The notes below the pieces were generated by a model. The model did no database searches and had not been told where the DNA came from. It saw only the letters and a program-made list of their open reading frames with translations. A DNA stretch of 63,865 nt. Origin: Octopus bimaculoides. Taxonomy: Eukaryota. Of this stretch, positions 26,311 through 39,389 are shown piece by piece. Positions within the stretch are counted from its first letter, which is position 1. Each line of letters begins with the position of its first letter. Made by a program: the position numbers and the translations under genes. Where the stretch lies: contig NC_068995.1 of NCBI RefSeq assembly GCF_001194135.2, forward strand, positions 16,283,338-16,347,202, in the 5' to 3' direction.

Positions 26311-28350
26311 CGTGTGTGTGCAGTTCGACGAAGGTAGATAGGTCGAAACTTCGAAAACTATCACCATTTTTCACATAAAAGTATAATGAACGTGGCGGGA
26401 ACATGCATATCTGTAGACGGATGGATTTTTGTCCGTTTCGGCGTTGAATATTCACTTTTCCGATCAACTTATTTACCTGCTAACTGAATTTGCGTGTACG
26501 TGGCTGAGATGTCCACAGATACGTGCAGCCTTCACGTAGTTCTCGGGCAGAATCAGCAATCATCACAGTGTTTGACAATCTCTACCTTTAAATTACGAGT
26601 ATTATCCGTCCAGAGTACCTCTACATAGTTTCTACCCACCTAATTTTCTTCACAAAGAATGAATCAACTCGAGTCAATAGAAAATGGCATTTGCCCAACA
26701 AGCAACGCAGTGAGAACGAACGCAGGACCTTGTAGTTACGAAATGAAATTCTTAGCCAAATAGTCATGTAGACGAATAGAAGAGAACCAATGAAGTTCTC
26801 CGAAAATATTCGTCTTTAATCAAGCAACACATCATCAGTCTCAAAGAGCTGCTTCGCTGGATAACATATAAATCACACAGAACACATCTAGGCTAGCGAC
26901 CGAAAGAAATGTAGTTCATTGCACCATTTCATTTCACTTTTCTCAATACATCTATAATTTATGAGTGATTTTTGGCTTAAGTCCTTAATACAAAAAAAAA
27001 AATTAATGGTTTCAAATTTTGACACAAGGCCAGAAATTTCAGGGCAAGGTTAGGAGGATGGCATCGATCCCAAAAACTCAACTGGTACTTGTTTAATCGA
27101 CCCCGAAAAGTAATATCAACCTCAGCGGAATTTCAACTCTTGGCATAAAGATAGACAGAATGCTGTTAAGTATTTTGCCCGGCGTGCTAACGATCGTGCC
27201 AGCTCGCCGCCTTAAATCCTCTAGATAATAATAATAATAATAATAATANNNNNNNNNNNNNNNNNNNNNNNNNNNNNNNNNNNNNNNNNNNNNNNNNNNN
27301 NNNNNNNNNNNNNNNNNNNNNNNNNNNNNNNNNNNNNNNNNNNNNNNNNNNNNNNNNNNNNNNNNNNNNNNNNNNNNNNNNNNNNNNNNNNNNNNNNNNN
27401 NNNNNNNNNNNNNNNNNNNNNNNNNNNNNNNNNNNNNNNNNNNNNNNNNNNNNNNNNNNNNNNNNNNNNNNNNNNNNNNNNNNNNNNNNNNNNNNNNNNN
27501 NNNNNNNNNNNNNNNNNNNNNNNNNNNNNNNNNNNNNNNNNNNNNNNNNNNNNNNNNNNNNNNNNNNNNNNNNNNNNNNNNNNNNNNNNNNNNNNNNNNN
27601 NNNNNNNNNNNNNNNNNNNNNNNNNNNNNNNNNNNNNNNNNNNNNNNNNNNNNNNNNNNNNNNNNNNNNNNNNNNNNNNNNNNNNNCTTAAATTCTCAAA
27701 ACGATAATAATCCTTTCTACTAAAGGTACAAGGCCTGAATTTTCTGGGGAGGGGACTAATCGATTACATCGACCCGAGTGTTTCATTGGTACTTAATTTA
27801 TCGACCCCGAAGAGATGAAAGGTAAAGTTGACCTCGGCGGTATTTGAACTCACAACGGGCGAAATACCGCTGAGCATTTCGTGCAGCGTGCTAACAATTC
27901 TGCCTGCTCACTGCCTTGATCTTTTTTTTACTATAGTCACGTGGCCAGAAACTTGTGGGAGTGGGGTAGTCGATTACATTGACCCCAGTACTCAACTAGT
28001 GCTTATTTGATCGACTGTGAAAGGGTAGAAAGCAAAATCGACCTCAACGAAATTTGAACTCAGAATGTAAAGATGGGCGAAGTGTTTCAGTCTTTTGACC
28101 GACATACTTACGATCCTACCTGCTCACCATCTTAAATTCTTTAATAATAATATCGATTTAATAATAATATCGATTTCAAATTTTGGCGCGAAACAAAATA
28201 ATATTACCTCTCAGCTGCCTGATCTCGACGGAATATGAGGATATCGAAACNNNNNNNNNNNNNNNNNNNNNNNNNNNNNNNNNNNNNNNNNNNNNNNNNN
28301 NNNNNNNNNNNNNNNNNNNNNNNNNNNNNNNNNNNNNNNNNNNNNNNNNN

Positions 28351-28385
<35 letters not shown>

Positions 28386-29989
28386 GTAATGCGGCGTATA
28401 TATTATAGAATGACACACCCAACATGCAGTTTGTTTATGCACCATTTGATGCGATCTCTGTCCACAACATTTCGAAACTGAATATTAAACATAATATTAA
28501 GTTTACATATATATATACATATATATATGTACAAACACAAACAACACATTTGATACGCATTATAGCATTATATATTTGATATTCCTACATAGTGTAAAAA
28601 TTCCTTTCATATAAACATGGCCACAGGTCTAATTTAATTAATTTTACAGTCCGCATTGAGCATATTCAGAACGAAATAACTTGTGTGTTTATGAGAGAGG
28701 AGATGTGCATTGTACAGCAAATATATTTGTATTATATGTATTATACACATGCACACATGTATACGCATATATATGCTTACATATACATGTAAGTGCATCA
28801 ATGTACATACGTGTGTGTGCATTTATACATACATACATACATACATACATACATACATACATACATACATACATANNNNNNNNNNNNNNNNNNNNNNNNN
28901 NNNNNNNNNNNNNNNNNNNNNNNNNNNNNNNNNNNNNNNNNNNNNNNNNNNNNNNNNNNNNNNNNNNNNNNNNNNNNNNNNNNNNNNNNNNNNNNNNNNN
29001 NNNNNNNNNNNNNNNNNNNNNNNNNNNNNNNNNNNNNNNNNNNNNNNNNNNNNNNNNNNNNNNNNNNNNNNNNNNNNNNNNNNNNNNNNNNNNNNNNNNN
29101 NNNNNNNNNNNNNNNNNNNNNNNNNNNNNNNNNNNNNNNNNNNNNNNNNNNNNNNNNNNNNNNNNNNNNNNNNNNNNNNNNNNNNNNNNNNNNNNNNNNN
29201 NNNNNNNNNNNNNNNNNNNNNNNNNNNNNNNNNNNNNNNNNNNNNNNNNNNNNNNNNNNNNNNNNNNNNNNNNNNNNNNNNNNNNNNNNNNNNNNNNNNN
29301 NNNNNNNNNNNNNNNNNNNNNNNNNNNNNNNNNNNNNNNNNNNNNNNNNNNNNNNNNNNNNNNNNNNNNNNNNNNNNNNNNNNNNNNNNNNNNNNNNNNN
29401 NNNNNNNNNNNNNNNNNNNNNNNNNNNNNNNNNNNNNNNNNNNNNNNNNNNNNNNNNNNNNNNNNNNNNNNNNNNNNNNNNNNNNNNNNNNNNNNNNNNN
29501 NNNNNNNNNNNNNNNNNNNNNNNNNNNNNNNNNNNNNNNNNNNNNNNNNNNNNNNNNNNNNNNNNNNNNNNNNNNNNNNNNNNNNNNNNNNNNNNNNNNN
29601 NNNNNNNNNNNNNNNNNNNNNNNNNNNNNNNNNNNNNNNNNNNNNNNNNNNNNNNNNNNNNNNNNNNNNNNNNNNNNNNNNNNNNNNNNNNNNNNNNNNN
29701 NNNNNNNNNNNNNCATTGGTGTTATATATTCCATGTAAGTAAATGGAGTAAAGTGATTGCTAAACTTGTAATAGTTTTATGATGGAGAATTTCTAGACAT
29801 TGTCTCTCACTTTGCATATTTTTACCATAAAATATTTATCGGTCTGTCACTCGATTGTCTGCTGTTGCTTTGTACCGTTTTCTATTCAAATTAACACAAT
29901 GATGCACTTAGATCCATTCACATACATACATACATACATACATACATACATACATACGGACAGATAGTCAGGCAGACAGAAACAGAGGC

Positions 29990-30310
29990 TCTTCGTCGGT
30001 TGCGGCGAAGAGTGTTCGAGTTGAGCCAATCAACGCAACAGCCTACTCGCGAAATGAACGTGAAATGAAGTGGCTGAGCAGTTCACAGACACGGGTTCCT
30101 TTCGCGTAGTTCTTAGAGAGATTTAGCGTGACACAGAATGGGACAAAGCCAGCCCTTTGAATTATAGGCACAACTCATTTTTGCCAGTTGAAGGGACTGG
30201 AGCAACGTGAAATAAAGTGTCTTGCTTAAGGACGCAACAGGCCGCCGGGAATCGAACCTATGGCCTTATGATCGTGAGCCAAATATCCTAACCACTAAGT
30301 CACGGGCCTT
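29990..30310 (-). mobile_element. SINE family B variant with an alternative central module
   Basis: Shares the tail with family B but has the ggactggagcaacgtgaaataaagtgtcttgc middle. Confidence 0.8.
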
Positions 30311-30362
30311 CATACAAACATACATACATACATACATGCTTACATAGGTGCAGGTAAAGTAT

Positions 30363-30420
30363 TAACAGACGCTCAGGTGAAGGAAAGAAAGGCGGTTTTA
30401 CGTTTCGAGCAAAGCTCTAC
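30363..30420 (-). mobile_element. Repeat fragment containing the 3' half of a hammerhead-like motif
   Basis: Minus strand GAGC-TTT-GCTC-GAAAC-GTA-AAACC (30394-30417); the CUGANGA half is replaced by microsatellite. Confidence 0.4.
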
Positions 30421-30437
30421 ATATGTATGTATGTATG

Positions 30438-30468
<31 letters not shown>

Positions 30469-32379
30469 ATATGTATGTATGTATGTATGTATGTGTATCA
30501 TTGTGTTAATTTGAATAGTAAACGGTACAAAGCAACTGCAAACAATCGTGTAACTGGCAGATAAATATGTTTGTATTTATATATGTATATATATAAATAT
30601 ATATATACATATATTTTTTTACATATATATATATATATGCATATACATATATTATATACACACACACACACACACACANNNNNNNNNNNNNNNNNNNNNN
30701 NNNNNNNNNNNNNNNNNNNNNNNNNNNNNNNNNNNNNNNNNNNNNNNNNNNNNNNNNNNNNNNNNNNNNNNNNNNNNNNNNNNNNNNNNNNNNNNNNNNN
30801 NNNNNNNNNNNNNNNNNNNNNNNNNNNNNNNNNNNNNNNNNNNNNNNNNNNNNNNNNNNNNNNNNNNNNNNNNNNNNNNNNNNNNNNNNNNNNNNNNNNN
30901 NNNNNNNNNNNNNNNNNNNNNNNNNNNNNNNNNNNNNNNNNNNNNNNNNNNNNNNNNNNNNNNNNNNNNNNNNNNNNNNNNNNNNNNNNNNNNNNNNNNN
31001 NNNNNNNNNNNNNNNNNNNNNNNNNNNNNNNNNNNNNNNNNNNNNNNNNNNNNNNNNNNNNNNNNNNNNNNNNNNNNNNNNNNNNNNNNNNNNNNNNNNN
31101 NNNNNNNNNNNNNNNNNNNNNNNNNNNNNNNNNNNNNNNNNNNNNNNNNNNNNNNNNNNNNNNNNNNNNNNNNNNNNNNNNNNNNNNNNNNNATTCCAAT
31201 AAAATAAGTACCGGACTTGTAAAAATAAGTACTGGGGTCGATTCGTTTGCCTAAATCCTTCAAGGCGGTGCTCCAGCATGGCAGCAGTCCAATAACTGAA
31301 ACAACAACAACAAAAACAAGATATAAATATAAAGATACACAAACTGAAACGATTTCTCTCTTACTTTCTATGAGCGACAAATGTGTGTGTGTGTGTGTGT
31401 GCGTACATACACGCAAATATATGTTTATGTGTGCGACTTACACAAGCGTGCGAGCACGCACACGCACTCACACATATAATGCACCATACCTACCATTAAA
31501 TACATTTACACATACACATTTATATGTACACATTCACACACCTGTTAGTATTAACGAACCGAGATGAATTATTTAATACCACGGTGGTGTAAAATAATTT
31601 ATGCTTGTATATATATGTATGTGTATGTATAAATGTCTGTGTGTCTGCATATTATCAAATGTTTGTGAATGAGTGTATAAATTCACATACATACATGAAG
31701 CAATATAAACTGCAGATTATACCTCACCGATACTTCAAGTTCCATGTATCTATTGATATTCATCAGACAAATTGTTGCCTGAGTGGGTATTTTACGAAAT
31801 GGCGAATTGGGAAAATGTTTCCGTTTTTGTTGGTGTGTAAATCATTGATGCTATAAACGAGTTATTTCTCTTTAAATGTGCGTCGGATATATAAATAAGT
31901 AAATAAAAATAAAATATAAAATAAATAAATATGAAAATGAAATAAATTAAATAAAAATATAAAAATTATGCAAATGAAAACGATAAAATAAAAAGAAAAA
32001 TTAAGAGAAGAAAAATAGGTAAAGGATAAATTGATAAGAGCACACAAGCAAACGCACACTTACTCGCTCGCACACATATGCTCGCACGCACACAGACATT
32101 TATTTGTGTGTTCGTGTATGTGTGTGAAAGAGGCTGTTCATGTGTGTTGCGTATGCATGAGTGGGCCTGCACAAACACGCATATATGTGTTTTAGATAAA
32201 GGTAAACATAAGAAATAACTACACAGGTAAGGGTCTTAAAGTTCAGCGATGTAATTGCTTCTCAAAGTGATTACATTTCGCAAACATCTCAGATTTAGTA
32301 TCCAAATAGAGGTGCTAGTTGCTTCCTTTTACAGTTTCAAATGGAAACAATTCGTTTTAAGTGACACATGTCATCGATT

Positions 32380-32690
32380 AATTTTGTTGCATTTCTTTTA
32401 TTGATGTGTCTAAAAGAAGAAGCACGCGTGTATATTTTTTTTTATTCTTTTCTTCAGTGATGAGCACGCAACGTTTGTGTGCTACATTGAGAGTAGTTTT
32501 AATTGAGTTAACTTCTGCTTCATATATAATAGCTTTTGCATTGCAAGACGCATTAATCAGGCATACATTTGTGTTTCTACCCGTGAATTTGGTCGAACTT
32601 TTAGGAGAATGGATATCAAATGCAGTGTTTTTAATATTATTGGTACAACTGTAATTTAGTTTAACATTGTTAAGTAGTTTTATACATCCA
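32380..32690 (-). mobile_element. Penelope-like element fragment (RT-endonuclease linker and GIY-YIG start)
   Basis: NNVKLNYSCTNNIKN (cf. NTVKxSYSCMxNxK) and CLINASCNAKAIIYEAEV (cf. CPLNGxCxxKxIVYxAxV) in ORF 32378-32743. Confidence 0.6.
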
Positions 32691-32899
32691 TCCATACATA
32701 CATACATACATACATACATACATACATACATACATACATACATACACGTGGAAAAGGTATGGGGAAAGTAAGAAGAAAAAAGCGAAAATGCTCATTAGAT
32801 ATCAAAAAAATAATGAAAAGTAACGATAAATATACACAATTAGATGAACTGAGCTAGAATTAAGAGGAATAAAAGTCATTATTATGAATTATTAAAGGG

Positions 32900-33460
32900 A
32901 TTCAAAGTCATACCGGTTTCGTCAATCACTGTTCACTGGCTTTGTATGCGCAACGATTACCAAACGGTGTTGGGTCTACTAGTCCCTGAGTAAAAAGATT
33001 ATGTGTAATGGAGGTAAGTAGTTCTGGTGCAGTTAGAGTAGATATAATACTGTAATATGAATGTTGTATGAGATGTATGGGAGTTAGTAGTATTATTGAT
33101 AAGGTTAGTAGTGTTCTGTATTATATTATGTGTTCATATTAAGTTGTGGGTGGAATTTATTGATGAAAGTTTCCTCTTTGTTCATTCTTTGCTGTACTGA
33201 GGTGTTCTGTGAACATTGATAGAAGGGGAAAATTAGGAAGTTAGGATTAAGGTTCCTAGCACACCTTTCTATGTGTTCACTGACCTGTATCTGTCTGTAT
33301 TGTGGGTGGCGGATTTGTTCTTTGTAAAGAGTGGCTCTTCGACGGAGTGATATTCTTGTTTGGCCAATATATTGATTACCGCACCCAAGGCTAGGCAGGT
33401 AATACCATAGATTAGGATTACCGAGGCACAGGGGAAATTTGATTTACTCTTAAACATTTC
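32900..33460 (-). mobile_element. Penelope-like element 3' part: GIY-YIG endonuclease and tail
   Basis: With one frameshift: FKSKSNFPCASVILIYGITC/GCGNQYIGQTRISLRRR...EQIRHPQYRQIQVSEHIERC...EETFINKFHPQLN*; tail holds a hammerhead relic at 32907-32940. Confidence 0.9.
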
Positions 33461-33495
<35 letters not shown>

Positions 33496-33861
33496 NNNNN
33501 NNNNNNNNNNNNNNNNNNNNNNNNNNNNNNNNNNNNNNNNNNNNNNNNNNNNNNNNNNNNNNNNNNNNNNNNNNNNNNNNNNNNNNNNNNNNNNNNNNNN
33601 NNNNNNNNNNNNNNNNNNNNNNNNNNNNNNNNNNNNNNNNNNNNNNNNNNNNNNNNNNNNNNNNNNNNNNNNNNNNNNNNNNNNNNNNNNNNNNNNNNNN
33701 NNNNNNNNNNNNNNNNNNNNNNNNNNNNNNNNNNNNNNNNNNNNNNNNNNNNNNNNNNNNNNNNNNNNNNNNNNNNNNNNNNNNNNNNNNNNNNNNNNNN
33801 NNNNNNNNNNNNNNNNNNNNNNNNNNNNNNNNNNNNNNNNNNNNNNNNNNNNNNNNNNNNN

Positions 33862-33911
<50 letters not shown>

Positions 33912-34070
33912 TGGCCTTCTTTCAGTTTCCGTCTACCAAATGCACTCACAAGGCTTTTGGACAGTCCGAGTCCGAAGCTATAATAGAAGACATTTACCTA
34001 AGATGCCTCGCAATGGGACTGAATCCGGGACCAAGTGGTTGGGAAGCAAGCTTCTTACCACACACCCACC
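33862..34070 (-). mobile_element. SINE family D head half after a gap
   Basis: ttcagtttccgtctaccaaa...gggactgaatccggg matches family D. Confidence 0.8.
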
Positions 34071-34932
34071 GAAAAATATATGATAGTTTCCCGTGGATGA
34101 ATAAAGTCAAGAAAGGTTTTTTGTGAGATTTGAATTAACATTACGAGAAATGTGAACCATGTGATATTTTTATGCCTTTTCTTGCTTTAGGGCGAACGTA
34201 GTGTAATAGATCTTGAGCGAGCAGTTTAAGCGTTAAATTTTACGGGTTCATTAAGCATTTTTAATTTAATATATTTTGCATTTCTGGGGTGCTACGCTTC
34301 CTTTGATGCCCTAAGCACGTGCTTATTTTCCTTAATGGTTAGTCCTGTGCTTCTTGTGGTGTTCACTCATATCACGATCCCGCACTAACCACAATTCTCA
34401 GTCCTCGCCCTGAACTTCGGTCCTTTGGAATCTTCTTTCTGCTCATATCGTTACTGTGAGTGTCAATCTGCGTCAGTCTAAAACGGAACATTAAGGGCAT
34501 CAAGTTCACCAGCCTCGGAAAACTTGACAAGGTCAAGGGCATTATTTCTTCCTTCAGACTCTTCAAAATGAAACAAAGAAGTCAAAATAAATTTATACTT
34601 TCTTGGATGGAGAAAATATCTCCTGGTAAAAAACAAAATTTTCAAAATACGTTCAGTTCCTCTCTTTAATCAATGTTCCCTTCTCTCACCTTTACTTCTT
34701 TTTCTCCTCTGTCTTTCTTTCTCCCCCCTCCCCCCTTTCTCCCTTTCTCTCTCGTCCTTTCTCTCTCTCTCTCTCTGAATTTAGCCAAGAGATGAAAATG
34801 TCACCAGTTTAAAATAAATTTTTTAAAAACGTGAGAGACTTTGTAAAAATACTAATATAATGTCACAATTTTGGATGGGCAATTTTCCAACGAACAACAT
34901 ACATGAAAATACAGACACAACAAGTCATACGC

Positions 34933-35040
<108 letters not shown>

Positions 35041-35189
35041 TTGGGCTCTCACGTTGAACTGCAATTAATCAAAGCAAAAGAAAAAAAAAAGGCAAAACGC
35101 AATTAGGTACGTAATACCAAAGTGAAATAATTCGTGTAGACTCAATTTGAAATAAATGTTTAAATACCACACGCGCGCGTACTCACACT

Positions 35190-35365
35190 CACTCATACGT
35201 ATGTATGTATGTATGTATGTACGTACGTATGTATGTATGTATGTATGTATGTATGTATGTATGTATGTATGTATGTATGTATGTACGTATGTACGTACGT
35301 ATGTATGTATGTATGTATGTATCTATGAGCGTGTGTGCGTGTGTGTGTGTGTGTGTGTCTGTGTG
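35190..35365. repeat. (ATGT)n microsatellite with ACGT variants, then (GT)n
   Basis: Directly visible. Confidence 0.95.
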
Positions 35366-35824
35366 TGAGTAGACAATTATAACCGTCATATGTCCTAAAA
35401 CTTGAATTTAATTCTCTTATTAATTCGACGTACACGCGCCAAAAGTAAGTTTCGTCTGAACGTCAAAATGAAAGCAATACAAGAAATAAACAGTACTGTT
35501 TGAAGGCATGGGCTTATAGCGCACTATGCAGTTATCCAAGGTCCTGCATCGATCTAGGGACCCAATGTTAAGATATGTATGCTGTGGTTGTGTATTTAGG
35601 GGCCCTAGTGGATTGCTTTAACTATTTGCCTGTTACGATGTTACAACAGCCTTGATCATGGAATAATCATAGAGAGAAATAGTAAGGTGCTGTTTGAAAT
35701 GTTTTGCAGTCCTTCATTTCATTCTTTTACGGTCCAGTTTCTAACCACTTCAAAGCTGATTTCTTCTTTTTATTATCTTGGGATCCATAAAATAAATACC
35801 AGTCGTAAATCTGGGTCCCTTACA

Positions 35825-36045
35825 AGGTTCAGTCTTGCTGTGATGTGATGAGTTGTGTACTTCAGAGAGGCCCCCACCCCTCGAGTTAATGCTTGTAGAG
35901 CGTAAGCTCCTGGTTGGACCTCCCATGCTTGGACATATCAAAGGGTAGAGACCAGAGGTCAAAGGATATAGGTCAGGCTTATATGGATCACCTCTTCGCA
36001 GAGATAAAAATGGGTTTGTGAAGAGCCATAACCTCGAACTAAAAT
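35825..36045 (+). mobile_element. Possible RTE-clade LINE 5' UTR relic
   Basis: gctcctggttggacctcccatgc...gggtagagaccaga resembles recalled RTE 5' UTR motifs; no ORF follows. Confidence 0.4.
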
Positions 36046-36339
36046 AAAAAAAAAAATAAAATAAAAAAGAAGTTAAGTTTACAGAACTTTCGATGACAAT
36101 TCAGAACCACAAGAGATGGGAGAGGCATCTCCCTCAGGGCAGGGCCGGATTATGATCCATAAAGGCCCTAACCACTTAAAAGATTTTGGTGCCCCCATAT
36201 ATATGTAATTAAAAATATTAACAATAATAAACCATAAAATTATTTTTTAAATTTTCAGACTGAAACAAAGCTAACAGTAAAATGCAAAAAATAATATTTA
36301 TTTTGTAAACTTCTATTATTTTATTCTTTTATTCTTTTA

Positions 36340-36496
36340 TTTGTTTCAGTCATTTGACAGCGGCCATGCTGGAGCACCGCCTTTAGTCGAGCAAATCAAC
36401 TCCAGGACTTATACTTTGTAAGTCTAGTACTTATTCTATCGGTCTATCTGGACGAACCACTAAGTGACGGGGGACGTAAACACACCAGCATCGGTT
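36340..36496 (-). mobile_element. SINE family D tail (CpG-rich copy)
   Basis: gtttcagtcatttgacagcggccatgctggagcaccgcctttagtcgagc. Confidence 0.85.
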
Positions 36497-38612
36497 NNNN
36501 NNNNNNNNNNNNNNNNNNNNNNNNNNNNNNNNNNNNNNNNNNNNNNNNNNNNNNNNNNNNNNNNNNNNNNNNNNNNNNNNNNNNNNNNNNNNNNNNNNNN
36601 NNNNNNNNNNNNNNNNNNNNNNNNNNNNNNNNNNNNNNNNNNNNNNNNNNNNNNNNNNNNNNNNNNNNNNNNNNNNNNNNNNNNNNNNNNNNNNNNNNNN
36701 NNNNNNNNNNNNNNNNNNNNNNNNNNNNNNNNNNNNNNNNNNNNNNNNNNNNNNNNNNNNNNNNNNNNNNNNNNNNNNNNNNNNNNNNNNNNNNNNNNNN
36801 NNNNNNNNNNNNNNNNNNNNNNNNNNNNNNNNNNNNNNNNNNNNNNNNNNNNNNNNNCTAACTGTGACACTATGAACACTTCGCAATAATATTTCCGATT
36901 ATATAAATCACTTAGAATATTATTTTAGCAATTTCAAAGTGATTTAAAGTGATTTCTTTTGTGCCGTATACCATTTGCCATTTCTGTGTTATCCCACCTA
37001 CTTTTCCTTGGTGAGCTAAGCACGTGCTTAATTTGCTTCATAGTTAATCCAGTTCTATTTCAGGGTAACTTACGCCGCGGTGCAGAAAAATCCGAAAGAA
37101 AAAAAACAGGGATCTAGCTAAGGAGAACAAAAGAAAAAAAAAAAAAAAAGAATATTGGAGAAAAAGCTATGCTTCAGATGAAGAAAAAAGCTTAAGTAAG
37201 TAAAATTGGACAAATTCATTTCACTAATCGTTCTATTCGACAAAATTGTGATTTCAAACCTTACGAACAAACATCTGCTTAGCAATTTAACCGGATAGAA
37301 TTTAGAAGCGAAATCACTTTTATTCACCACGCTGCTGTCCTGATAAAAAATAAACAATGGATAATGTGGATATGCTATTCCGATACACGAAAGGAAAATC
37401 TACTACTACTACTACTAATTTTTTTTCCACAAGGCCCGAAATTTTTGGGGAGGGGGTCAGTCGATAAGATCGACCCCAGTACGAAAGGATGAAAGGCAAA
37501 GTTGACCTCAGCGGAATTTGAGCTCAGGACATAATGACAGTAATATAAGATATATATCTTGATAATGTAAGTGAGAACTCTCAAAATGTAGTTTTCTCGC
37601 AATTCACAAAATTTATCTATGATAATCATAACCAATAATAAATAAAATCAACAGCAGTTTACTAATGATTTGTGCGAGTTGGGAAGTAAAATTTAACACG
37701 GCAAATTGTCAACAGACAATAGATAACGTTTACAGTTAAAGGGAGGCTACTTCTGACTATTCACTCTTAGCAGCATAAAAAAAAAGGATTGAAATTTTCG
37801 TTTTCAGAAAGACGGAGAATATTTATGTTGTGAAGTTCATGCGGTTCCAAAGATTTCTTGGAGTGCAAGTGATGTAAAATAGCTTTTAGTTTATGTGTTT
37901 TATTTATTTGTATATAATAATATAACTAGAGAATTATTGATAGAATTACAACGTAATGTGGAGATGTATTTTTCTCTGCGTATAAACACACGTTTATGAA
38001 GGCGCGTGGCGTAGTGGTTAAGTTGTTGTACTCACGATTACAAGATCGCGATTTCAATTCCCAAACTAGGTGGTGCATTGCATTCTTGAGTAAAACACTT
38101 CATTTCACATTGCTCCTACTCACTCAGCTTCAAATGAGTAACCCTACGATGGACTGGCGAAATTTTGTGATTTCGGTCACTTAAACGTCATGGAAACCAA
38201 GCACCGTCCCTATGTCTCGAAGCATTAATATCCAAGGAGAATTGCTTTTGATATGAATGCAAGTTTGGCACCAAACTGCACCTCATTTTAACGATAACAA
38301 TACATTTGCATTTCATACTGAAATATCTTAGATGTGTGTAAAGAATTTTGTTGATTAATTGTCTTTCAATGAAGAAGCAAACAATCTGTTGTCTCTTGTT
38401 TAGGAATTCGGTAAATAAAAAAAATAGAATGGGAGATTTCTTTTCTCCATTATATAAAACCATCCATTCATTTTCTTCGCCCTTAATTTCTTGGGGGATC
38501 GTGGGGTTAGAACAGTAGCTCTCGACCATTTTTTCCCTATGGACCCCTTTGGTTACTATTTCAATCTATTGGACCTCCATAGCCATTCCATATATATATA
38601 TGTGTGTATATA

Positions 38613-38960
38613 CAAGGTGATTCAAAAATTTGATATCACTTGAGATGTAAATATCACAGAAACTATATAGTCAAAGCAAATGAAACTAAACAGGCTAAAT
38701 GTTGAGCAACATAAGATTTATTTCTCGAAATTTGAATGAGAAATTCAAAGGTATGTGATTCCATGAACGATTTCACAAATGTTCAATATGTGCACTGCCT
38801 GAGACACGGCATACGTCAAGTCGGTTGTCCAGCTCCTCTCAAACACGCTGTAGCATGTCTTGGGTAACATTCTCCAGTGCGATAGTGATTCTCTGCTCGA
38901 GTTCCTCTACGTTTGCAGGAAGAGGTGGGCCACAGACCAGGCTCTTCACATAGCCCCATG
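38613..38960 (-). mobile_element. Tc1/mariner-superfamily transposase C-terminus with 3' end
   Basis: Minus strand WGYVKS...PPLPANVEELEQRITIALENVTQDMLQRV*EELDNRLDVCRVSGSAHIEHL*; TA at 38611-38612 next to a caaggtgattc terminus. Confidence 0.88.
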
Positions 38961-39389
38961 TTTGCGCTTTCGCTTGTCCTCTGCCGTTATAGCCCGAACA
39001 AGACTCATCAAATGTTATTATTTGGTAGTCGAGATATGAAAAGTTATATGCTTAAAGTGTTGCACTCACGATCGTAAAGCCATCGTTTCGATTCCTGGAC
39101 CGAGCAGTGCAATGCATTTTTGAGTGAAACATTTAATTTCAAGTTGCCCCCTTCCACTAAGATGTAAAGGAGTTTCAGCAAGAACTGGGAATTTTAACCC
39201 TGCGACGAACCAGCATCCAGCCTTACTTAGTCCCAGGTCTCATGATAGGCTTAAGTCTAAATACAAAAGAAAACCTTTATCAAGGACTAGAATTATTCAG
39301 CATTCTCCATCAGAATATATCATTTTATTGAACCAAGATCCAGGAATGAAAAAGGCGCTTGTATTATACAAAATAATCACATACAGAAA

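Larger units (their letters stand above)
21920..28135. mobile_element. Cluster of SINE family C copies (~21920-22130, 22735-22915, 24130-24310, 24610-24812, 27020-27213, 27720-27918, 27940-28132)
   Basis: Each carries atcgaccccgaaaggatgaaaggcaaagtcgacctcggcggaatttgaactcag-like sequence; six minus, one plus. Confidence 0.85.

Noticed and set aside
38188-38529. 113-aa minus-strand ORF as a divergent gene
   Set aside because: It has no recognisable domain, splice pattern or codon signature.
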